From NCBI GenBank assembly GCA_013239625.1, contig MU055549.1, positions 1 to 64,000 on the forward strand: 64,000 nucleotides of DNA. Reading direction: 5' to 3'. The position numbers and the translations under genes are program-made. Below the pieces are notes generated by a model that searched no databases, was not told where the DNA came from, and was given only the letters and a program-made list of their open reading frames with translations. This DNA comes from Lama guanicoe (lineage: Eukaryota). Of the stretch, positions 53,710 to 64,000 are shown piece after piece; positions within the stretch are counted from its first letter, which is position 1; each line of letters starts with the position of its first letter.

Positions 53710-53768
53710 CTGAGATGTATTCATTTCCTGCTGCTCTTAGAGATGCACAGAGGAGTCTAGAAATAGAG
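53710..53768 (-). pseudogene. Start-codon exon of the KRAB-ZNF (5' UTR plus MNTSQ)
   Basis: tctcccag|ctct...gaaATG AAT ACA TCT CAG|gtgagc, a typical phase-0 KRAB-ZNF start exon. Confidence 0.75.
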
Positions 53769-55689
53769 CTGGGAGAGAAGGCAAATGGAGCAGTGTCATC
53801 AAAGAACTGGTGTGGCTTGCTCTTAGATTCTCCTGCTAAAGCTCTGTAACAGTAACTAGAAAAGACCAGATAGACTGGGTTGGGGGTGGGGGTGAGGAGA
53901 TGGCTAGTGTGCCTCCTGTGGGACAAAAATATTTACACCTTGAGAAGGGGCAGGAAAGACCCTATTGAAGGAGCACCCACAGGTCTATTAGTTTGTAGAA
54001 GTAAGATCCACAATTTATCCTTAAGTTAATGAAAGCACATGTTTCTTACTGATTTATCAACAGTTAATGGTAAAAATCAACTTAAACTTTTAAAGATGCT
54101 TAAATAACAGTTGTTTATTTAAACAACGGTTACTTCCCCCTAATTATTTCCCTGTGAAGTTCCCAATGACAATGACGTGTGTCTCGCCATTTAACTTGCT
54201 CCTGCCAAAGGAGATACGATGCAAACATAGGATAAAAAGCACTTGTCAATTAGAGCCTGCCTTCTGGGAACACTGTCATCTTGTGAAGAAACCTGGGGCT
54301 AGCCTGTGAGGGACAGGCAGTTTAGCCAACAGCCAGCACAAGCCCCTGAAGAAGTAAAGGAAGTCATCTTCAACCAACCAGCCTCAGTCAGGACACCAAG
54401 TGGCAACAGGCGGCTACAGCCTCATGTGTGACCCAGACAGCCCTGGCACAGGAACTGACCAACTAAACTGAGCCCAGAAAGCTGAAACATAGACCTCTGA
54501 GCATATTTCTTTTTACTGTTTTTTTTTAAGCCAGTGAATTTAGGTTGGTTCATCACAGAGTAAAATATTTTTAACAAAATGACATGGGGGAGAAAGTCTT
54601 GAGTTACATTATGTGCCACACACAATCAACAGAACTTCACAACCACATGTAGAACTTCTGAAAAGCATAACAAATGCCAACTGGGTGCTTTCAGTAAGGT
54701 TGCTGGAACTAACAGATCATGCCAATTGTACAAAGCAACAGTGTGCAGATCAGAAAACTGTTTTAACTGTTTTACATTATAACACGAGTCTGTTAAACAT
54801 ATGGCGACATGTGCTGCGTTTTATTCACATTTTAAAAAAATCAGTTTGAAGCCAATTAGAGTGAAATGTGATGCACTCTAATTTTCCTATTTTAAACAGT
54901 GGAAAATAGGCTTCTGTTATTGTGCTGTAGAAGATACGATTATCAAGAACAGATTTCTGATGTGAAGTGGGAACCACTTGTTTTATTAGTCCCTGGAATT
55001 CACATAATGCACAAAAAGCACTAGGGAGAATAGGATAGGCATGTTAAGGCAAGGTCTTCTAAAAAAAGTTTCTTCTGAATTGACTGTGTTTTTCAAAAAT
55101 AAGCTCGTGTTTTGGCTTAACTGTGGCAGAGTGGATAATACTATCCAAAAGTCAAGATGCCTGATGTATATAGTAAAATCATGTGAACCTGGCAAATTAC
55201 TTATATCCTCAAATCTCCCCTCGGCCCCCCCACCCCCAATCTTTCTTACAAGGGAGAAATACGACCAGGAAGAGGACGCATCAGCACACCTCTATATATA
55301 CTGATATCTGATATGACCAGGTTTGAGAGAGATCAGATAACAGAAACGACGTGGTGGGGGGGTGTGAAGGAATGGGATCGATTAGGAAGCACTGTAGACA
55401 GATTCTCTCAGCTGTGACAGGTCCCTCCACTCCCTCTGACCTGAGACCATTCCCTCAGGACCTCTCCAATAAGTCCCATTTCCTTAGGCCTTTCTTTGCC
55501 CACCCCTTCTCAGCCTAGCTCAGGTTGTCTTCTACAAATCAGTCCAAACCTTCCAATATCGCCCCGTCTTTGACAACTTCTGGAGGAGGTAGCACCACCC
55601 CAATCTCAGTCACTCTGGGCAGAAGCATCAACAATTGCCTGGCCACTTAAACTTAGGATCTCTTCCTTTCTGGGACTGTTCTGCCTCTG

Positions 55690-57110
55690 ATCCGACGCGC
55701 AGGCGAGAGGGTTCAAGTCACAAAGTTGTCTCTCGGGTAGGATTCTGTCCACGGGGCGTCTCCTCTTCACTCATCATAACAGCTACCTTGTTACAAAGAA
55801 AACGGTACGGTCATCCAGAGCCCGACCATCTCCCCTGGCACTACGGTCCCTGGAAACCAGGTCTTGTATGAACTGTAAACGCAAATCAAGAGCGCTAAGC
55901 AGGCCGCACAGCGCAGGAAGGGACCTGACCCTTGCCCTGCTAACGAGACTCCACGAGACCCCGCAAACACAACTGCCACCCTGTGAGACTCGGTCCGCAC
56001 ACCCTTCACGTGACTTCTCCAGGAATCGGGGGCATCTCGCTAGTCCTGCGGGCGCCGGCCTTTCCGAGGTTGACGACGTCGCCCAGGACGCGCCAGGGGC
56101 AGAGCTGGCCCGTGCACGCTGCCCGCACCCCCGCCCCGGCCTCGCCGTCACCCTGGACCCACCACCCAGCTCGCGAAGCCTCTGGAGGCAGTGGCCCAGC
56201 CGTCGGCAGCGCACCTTCTCTGATCGAGCGGCGCTCAGCCGGCCGAGCCGGCCCTGCCCAGCGCCGGCCCGCGAATCCTGATGCTGCACTCGCGCCCCGC
56301 GCCGGCACCAGGTCCGCCGCTCGCACCCGCCGACCCTTCCCCTCCCACCAAGCGGAGTAACCCCCCAGCCCGCCCGGCGTCCCCGAGCGCCGGAGGCCCG
56401 CCCACGCTCGCACCCACCTTCCCGGACGCAGACCCCGGCCCCGTGCTCGTGGGAAACCCGGAAGTTCCGAGTGGAAGACGATCTGTGGGCGGGGCCGCGC
56501 GCGCGCAGAAGGAACCCGGAAGACTCCCTCCCAGAGTCCCATGCGCCAAGGCGTCCTCGCGAGGCGGGAGTCTGATCCCCACGGGCGTATGGCCGCCGCG
56601 GCCGTCGTGGCGTCGTGTTCTTCCGCGGGCGTGGGCCCCGCTGCCTGAGAGCCGGCTGTGGTGGGGCCGTCCCTGGCCCCACGTGCAGCCTCCCGGGTGC
56701 GGCGCCGCGTCACGTGGGCTCTGACGGCGGGGAGGGGCGTCGTGGGACGGTGGGGACTTCTGTGGCCGAGCTGCGATGACATTAGGGGTCAGCTTTCCTG
56801 TTTTTATTCCCCAGAACGGATTTGCGGTTATAGAACCGAGGGTTGGCTTTTTTTCAACTGGTGTATACTGCAGTGTGAATGTGAAATATCAGTGTCCGCG
56901 ATTTGTTAGACTACGTGACCATCACGGGAAATTGGCATTTTTACCGTGTGTCCCCGGTGTGCGACGGGGAGCCATTGTTGAACGGAAACCACGCGGAAAA
57001 GGGAACAGACGAGGCTCCTCGTGCGTGCCGCAAGGGGCCACAGCGGAGCTGACGCAGGTGCCTGCAGGGTGGGGCGGGACCTGAGCGCTCGCCGGCATTA
57101 CAGCCTGTCC
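55690..57110. promoter_or_regulatory. CpG island, likely promoter and first exon of the ZNF717-like gene
   Basis: Very CpG-rich. ETS motifs CCGGAAGT ~56458 and CCGGAAG ~56516, E-boxes TCACGTG ~56006 and ~56710, GC boxes. Candidate minus-strand donor AAG|GTGGGT at 56418/56417. Confidence 0.8.
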
Positions 57111-58524
57111 TTGAAGTGCTGTCGGTGTCTGCGTGAAGACCGAATTGGTCACTTCAAAGCACCAAGAGTGGGGGTTTGGTACCTCTGCGGGTCTTACCAC
57201 ACAAGGGGAGGATCTGGAAGGGAGGGGAGCTGTTGCTCACAAGGGCTGCAGAGAAAGTCATGTCAGGAACCTGCATTTGTCTGTGACTCTCGGACTGTTA
57301 CCTGGGTTACATGCTTACAGGAAGAGCTGTGTCACTTTGCGGTTGTAGTAGGCCCCTTTGATCACACACAGAGTGGACGCTGAGGCAGCAATAACATGGA
57401 GTAGTTTAAACTCCTGACAGCAGCCCTCCTTGAACCCGTTAAAAAGATGCTGATTCTTATCCACTAAAATAATGTCTAAGCCATCAGTAGATGACAGTCC
57501 ACTGTTGGAAAGCCTGCTCTAGTTTATGTGCAAGAATAAAGTAGTTGGATCATTGGGTGAGTGAAAATTTACACTTCCAGTGTCTGCCTAGAAATCCCAA
57601 AGGTGTATTCATTCACTAATCTACTCATCATATCTTTACTTCTTTATTTTTCTGCGAGATGGACTTGAATGGGGCCTTCTCGTCCCTAGTTTCTGCCACA
57701 CATTAAGCAGGGACTTCAACACAGGCTTATCAGAGCTCCTGCTGCCGCGCACGGGGATAGACCTGACTTACGTGACTGTGTTCGTGTGCACTTCATTGTC
57801 AGGAGTGGGGATTGACTATCTGGCCCTGTCACCTATGTGACCTATCTCTGGTTTTCCCTTTTCCTAAAATACTACCTACTCTGTTGAAATTCATGTACTT
57901 TTTCTCATCCTGCAGTTGCCCCTCAGTAACTGCATTGCATTGAGGGACCTCAGCCTTTACTTCCCATTCCCTTCTCTCAGACTCTGGGACCCCTAGCCCT
58001 CCTTCAGTGCCCTGGATCTAACTCTTCTCCCTTAAACACCTTTTGGTGTGCTATTTGGAGATTCGTTAAATCCAGAATGATTGACAGGAATTTGGGGAGG
58101 GGGGAAGTCAGCACCTGACGCTCATCCCTCTGGGATGGGGAATGTCATCTCCTTTCTCTGTAGCCTCAGTCATCTCATCCATAAAAACAGAGGCAGTAAT
58201 ACACATGTGAATATGTGATCCTCACCCTGAGCCTACCTCTAATAACATACAGGCCAGTAAGGGCAACCTCTTCCTCCACGTGTGAATCTAAAGTCCTCAG
58301 GGCCAAGAAGAGGAGATCAGGAATAAGACAAAGGTACTCCCAAATCGGGCCATGGAGACAGCTGTGCCCTGCAAAGGTAGGCTTCAGGGTTACATTGCAT
58401 GAAGACGAGAATGAATTTGCTGGAACCAAGGCACTAAACTGATACTATGGGGTAGTGAGAGCTCATGTCCCTTCTCAGGAATTGTTTCTTTGCTGTTTTT
58501 CAGTTGGCTTGGGGTCTGTTCACA

Positions 58525-58525
<1 letters not shown>

Positions 58526-58578
<53 letters not shown>

Positions 58579-58592
58579 TGCACACACACACA
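58526..58592. repeat. (CA)n microsatellite
   Basis: About 23 uninterrupted CA units followed by an interrupted tail. Confidence 0.97.
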
Positions 58593-60339
58593 CTTGTGTT
58601 AAGATAGATACACACTCAACATCCCTAAAGTCCTTTTGAGTGTCTGATAAGTGGCAGGCTCTGTCTGGGCATAAGGGACAGAGATGATCTGTGCTTCTAA
58701 GGTGTCCTGAGTGTCCATGGTGGCAGTTGTCATTCTCAGTATCAGCCAATTAATGTGTCGTCTTTACCACTAGACTGTGAGCCATTTGGGGATTTGTGAG
58801 TCTCAGTCGGGGCTAGGTTGCCTGGCAGGTGCTCAGTGAACACTAGTCAGTTAACAAAAGAAAGATAAACACTCCATTTATATGCCCTGTGATGGAAAAC
58901 TAAGTCCAGAATAGCTTTTGGATGGGAGGCTGATGAGAACTAGAAGGTATATCCACTCCTTACATGGAGGTCAGAGAAGACTGTCCACTCCTGTCCTGAG
59001 ACTGTGGGTGACACCTGTGGTCCGAGGGTTGCACAGCCAGCCCCAGTGTGAGGATAGGGAAAGTCTGCTCTCACTGGACCTCCTCCAACTTGTTGAGAAA
59101 ACTTTTGATGAAATCAGAACACCTGTGATGAGGAGGTGTTCGGATACTTCCACAGGGCATGAAAATCCTGGTTCCCTACGAAGGAACAAGACAAGACACT
59201 TACTGTCCACTAGCCTTTGGACACTGCAAAATACAGTAGCAGTGACGTTGACTTTGAATTCTCTACTTTCCCAACTACCAGTTAGCCATGAAAGCAAAAT
59301 GAAGACACTTTTGTGGGTATGAGGACTCAGAAAATACCTACACTCTCCCCCATATACTCTAAGGTGGCACTCCACAAACACAAGGGGAATATAAAGTTGG
59401 GGGCCCCATAGAAAGAGTGTGCCCAGTGTCCACTCTCTCCTCCCCTTGAGCACTGCAGGGGCCTTTCCTGCAGAGATAAACTGAGGTTGTCAAATCGAAC
59501 CAACTTCTTTCACCCACAGAAAAGCCAGTACAGCCTCTACCATTCATGTGGTACAGCAACTCTTCAAGGAAGTGGACATTTTTATCCTCTTTTAAAGGTG
59601 AAGACATAGCACTCGGAGAGTTTGAGTAACTTGCACAGATCACAGGTGTTAATTGGCAAAACAGACCCAGCTTGCCCGTGTGACACCGAATCAGGCCTTT
59701 CCACCCCCCATCACAACCCCACACCAGTGAGCTTGCTGCTGTCCCTCCCCTCAACCAGTGATGTCAGCCCTCATGTTCTGGAACAAGAAATGGAGAGGAA
59801 CGGGGAAGAGGAAAAGTAAGCAGATGGGAGTAAGTGTAGGCAGGGTGCCCATGGTCTGGGTGGTGCTGCAGTGGAGGAACAGGGACTCAAGCACAGTGCA
59901 TGGCCCAGCAGCCCCACCAGAAGGCCCGTGTGAACAGAAAGTCTGAAGCCGGGGAGAAACCTGTTGACAGGTGCTCAGGCTGGAGACATACTGTTGTCCT
60001 TTGAGGGCATTATCCACGACTGGGCATTACCCCAGCCTGCAAAGTCAACCGTCTGGCCCCACAGGGCACCCTCCAGAGCTTGGTGTCCCTAATCTCGATG
60101 ATGGGATGGCAGCTGACAGGCAGCAGTTACGCAGACAGCTGGGGACAAGCCCACTCTGACTGGATCCAGAGGTGGAAGTTAGAAATGAAAACCATTCCTC
60201 CCCCACTGGCTGGTCATCCTCCCCCACCTTCCCCAAGATTTAAGGCTGCACATTTCCAGGCCACGTGCGGCTGTTGCTTGGGGTGACCCAGAGAAGACGG
60301 CCCAGGGCATGGGACTCACCTTCTTCCTCTTCTACAGTC

Positions 60340-61170
60340 ATGTCATTCTTTCATCCTTTTTCTCTAAATTATTTCTCTTTATTTGAAGTTTAGCAAACCA
60401 TTTTTTAGGCATTCGACAAATCTCAGGTGTACACAGTGTTTTAGGACTGGAGAGAGACAGGGCACTGCAGGACCCTTGTCTTCTTTGATACACATTCTGA
60501 TGGGCACAGCATGGTGGTTATACCCGGAATGTGCTGGGGCACAGACATGTGGGTGGGAAACCCTAGGGAGGAGGGGCTGGAAGGCTGGGGGTGTCTGCTG
60601 CTTTGGAGAAAGTAGCAGGTCCTCGGGAAGGTGACATTTCAACACAGTCGAGAGAGCAGGAGTGCAGGCCAGGTGTCTATCTGCTGGAAGAGTGTCCCTT
60701 CAGAGAAACCTGTACAGGCCCTGTGACAGGAGGGTCCCTGGGGTGGGGGGCATGAGGTCAGCCGCTGAGGTGGGCGGATGGGGGCAGGAGAGCAGGAGAG
60801 GAAGGGTGGGCAGGACCTAGGAAGCCTCAGTTGCCATGGAAAGTCTCTGCCTTTTCCTGTGTGTGAGATGGAGCACCGCCTCCAGGGCCCTGCTGGCCCC
60901 TGTGGAGCATGAACAGAGTGGAAGGCGGCCACGGCAGCAGCAGAGGCAGGGAGCTGTGACATCTGGTGCAGAGAGACAGGTGCATCTGGACATCTTTCAA
61001 GGCAGAGTGAAGGGACATTCTGGTGGCTTGGATGTGATGTAAGGGAGACAGAGGAATCAAGGATGACTCCCTGCCTGTAGTCTGAGAGCTGTAGGAACAA
61101 GGTTGCTACCTCCTCGCATAGGAAGGTGGGGAGAGGGGAAGATGTGGGAGTACAGCTCTGGGCAGGTCAA
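60340..61170. mobile_element. LINE-2 fossil
   Basis: 'gaaggtgacatttcaac', 'tggatgtga..gagacagaggaatcaaggatgactcc' are characteristic L2 3' region motifs. Confidence 0.6.
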
Positions 61171-63819
61171 GGGAAGGCATGTAGGTGCAGGTCAAGAGGA
61201 GGCACACAGGTGCAGGTGCTCAGGGGCCCTTGCTAGCGGGTGCCAGGGCTGCAAACATTCTCTTCCATCTGCTGCTTTCTTAGAGAAATGGGAAGTGAGA
61301 ACACCACCTGGGGTGGGATGGAAGGGGATGCTGTTGGAGGTTTGAAGGAGTGGAAGGCCGGAAAATGTCTCCTAGGACAGTGGGATGAAGGCAGGAGGGG
61401 TGGCCCCGAGAGGCTGGGGACCAGTGAGCATGGCCACGTGTCTTCCCAAGCATGACCCTGCAGAGGAGCAGTCACGCAGGAAGAGTGGTCTCACAACCAA
61501 AGCAGGAATGGAGGAGAGGGAAGCGGGACTAGTGTCAAGGAAAGAGCAGGATGACTGAAGTGGAATTCCAGCTGGTGGGGAGAGCAATGTGCCTGCAGGC
61601 TTCCAGCTCCATGAACTGTCAGTTGCCTTGGGTCCCAGTGCTCACAGCAGCCCCTGTGCATTTCAGCAGAGACACCAAGGCAGCCTGTCTTGGAGAAGTG
61701 GGACTCCCTGAGGGCCCTGCAGAAACTTCTAGACCACAGGGCAGTCTGGGACATGTCCGCCCAACCCTCTCTCAGGTCATTCCATTGCCATCTGGGACCT
61801 CCCAACCTTCCTGATCCTCTCTGCTCTCATCACAGACCTTCCCCTAGTAAAGGGCGTTCCCAGATGTCCTTCATCCTTGCATCTGGGTCTGGTAGGCACT
61901 GGACTAATGCAGGGCAAGGACAGGGAACCAATGGGGTATAAGCCTCAGTGGAGTGGATATTGACCTAGAGGTACTGGAGGGGAAGCTGGAAAGCCACGTG
62001 GACAGGGGGCACTTGGAGGCTATGCTGATGCCCTGTGGTGGACATGCATCTGATGCAGCAGATGCGTCTCTGTTCATTACAATCGTGTGTTGGTGGAAAT
62101 CAAAGCTGGAAGGGACCCTCTCACGTGAGAGGTCATGAGAGGGGCTCCAGGAGCCCGGTGATGACTCAGGACCACACCACCAGTTAAGGATGGAGCCATT
62201 TGAAGGGGCTAGCCCTCATGGTCTCTTTTTAAAGAGAATCAAATAAATGAAAAGCGAGACATTCTAGCACAACTGAGAGATGTCTGCTAAACTTCAGTGT
62301 CACTGCAATCCTCCACGTCCTCTGGGATAGTAAAGTGCAAGGAGCATCCAGCAATACCTGGAGTGAGGCATCTTACCCTGGAGAGAGAGGTGTGCATGTC
62401 CAAGGGTTCACCTGTAGGATATTCCTAGTGATGGGAAGAGAAGGTGGGCCAGGAGGGAGCAAAAGCCCAAGTTTGCCTCCTATTCTCCACACAGAAACAA
62501 ATGACAAGGAAGTCTCATGAACTGCCAGGAGGAGACAGGAGAGACCCAACAGAGCCCCAGCATGGTCTTGGATGGGCCACTGTGACACTGCACTGTGTTT
62601 GGATGGTGGAACTCAGGATAACATGCTGGTGTCCACTTCACTTTGGGCCCCTGGGGATGGGGTCCAGCTGTTTTGCTCTTCCCAAGGTCACTGGCCTGCT
62701 CACAGGCCTCCTCCACATCAGGACCCCACCCCTACCCCAGCGCCCTGCACCAACTCTTCCTGCAGCAGGGAAAGTGTGTCTTCTTTTCATCCCACCAGTG
62801 GCTGCTTTCTCATTTTAACTGATTATCAATAAGTTAAACAAGGTCCGTGCTTTAGGTTTATTGGCCTTTGTAATTCCTGAACTGTCTGTTACTTGTCTAT
62901 TTTTGGTTGGAAAAATTGTCCATCTCTGGAGTCCAAGTTATGATGAAATATGAAACGCTTTCAAATAACAGTGCTTCTGCACTAGGAGCCCCCAGTGGAC
63001 AACCCCCTTAGGGGCCCGGGTACAGGATGAGCATCCAGAACAAGGCTCTGTCTCTGAAAGGTGCCCTCCAACCTCGTGCTGGCTCGTGAACACAAGACCC
63101 CATGAGAAATCTTGGCATACTAGTTCTTTAATGTGTCGTTTACACCAGCAATTAGAATTTCTCAGCCTGGGCTTTCTGGCTTACCTGCTCTCCGACTTCA
63201 GCAGACCAGGCACCTGGTCAAGCAGACAAGTTTTAATGCTGAGTGTCAGCCGAGGGAGGCTGACGTGGGGTTCTAGGAGGTGAGTGGCCCAAATGAAAAA
63301 ATGCACTAGGAGTTGCCATATCGCTGGACAGACTTCAGCAGGAGACACCATGGGGTTAACAACACTTTACTGCCACAGGGAGGTGCGCCTATGATGCACC
63401 TGTCCTGCTTTTTATCTGTTTTCTGCCAGCACACACACAATCTGAGTTTCTTGGTTCGTTAGGCTTACAGAATATCTCTAGCACATGCGTACTTCCATTT
63501 TCTTTGTTCTAAATCTTACATAATTGACACATGCGTATAGCAATTATTTGCTGCATCTGCAAACATGCTGTGATCGTGGCCTTGGGTCCCACGGCCTTAA
63601 CTCATCTCAAGGCCAGTTTTCATCTGATGGGTGTTTTTCAGGGGCCTACTCTGTGCCGAATACCATTCCAGCCAAAAGGGGGGGTCTGCTGGGCATGGAG
63701 CAGAGAGAACGTGGCCCCGGGGTCTCCGTTCTGGAGTTTATTGGTTTTGAGGCTGTGTTCAGAGTTTTCCTGATTCTCTTTTGAGCACACAAGAGTTCTG
63801 AAACGCAGCCACCATTGTC

Positions 63820-63915
63820 CTTTCACAGAAGTCCAAGAGAGGCACAGAGATTAAGTGACTTTCCCAGGATTACACTGTTAGTAAATTTGGGAGTATGGGT
63901 TTGAGCCAAGACAGC
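63820..63915. mobile_element. MIR fragment
   Basis: 'gaggcacagagattaagtgactttcccaggattacac..tagtaa' matches the MIR core. Confidence 0.65.
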
Positions 63916-64000
63916 TGCAGAGCTAGTGAGAAAATGCTGCTCTGAACCGACACGGCCACACCAGGTGGACTGGCAGTGGGCCTCAGACCCCCATTCCTCC

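Noticed and set aside
55783-57084. Long ORFs of 299 aa and 258 aa on the minus strand
   Set aside because: CpG-island artefacts with low-complexity translations and no recognisable domain.
57200-64000. CYP2E1 exons expected from synteny with SYCE1
   Set aside because: No cytochrome P450 motifs (e.g. GKRVC heme signature) in the ORFs provided or seen by eye; the region looks intergenic.

Overview
Mammalian nuclear DNA, most likely a camelid (two tRNA-derived SINEs of the camelid type; two N gaps show it is a draft assembly). Two genes are supported. (1) SYCE1, a complete 13-exon gene on the + strand (CDS 26882-37362, 330 aa) with a CpG-island promoter. (2) A convergent ZNF717-like KRAB zinc-finger gene on the - strand (~46890-53724, CpG-island promoter ~55.7-57.1 kb) with five independent disabling lesions, so it is called a pseudogene. 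The left 22 kb is a tandem array of diverged ~2.5-4 kb modules containing L1 and LTR pieces plus unique promoter-like and exon-like segments. One module can be spliced into an unrecognised 96-aa ORF. The array is interrupted by a nested 7.5-kb ERV1-class provirus (both LTRs, Arg-type PBS, PPT, TSD) whose leader holds four tandem hairpins with compensatory base changes. Degenerate telomere-variant repeats in head-to-head orientation (21.6-21.9 kb and 25.0-25.6 kb) lie between the array and SYCE1. The rest is L1, L2, MaLR, ERVL and DNA-transposon debris. Most ORFs in the six-frame track are chance ORFs. Family names come from recalled sequences; no searches were run.
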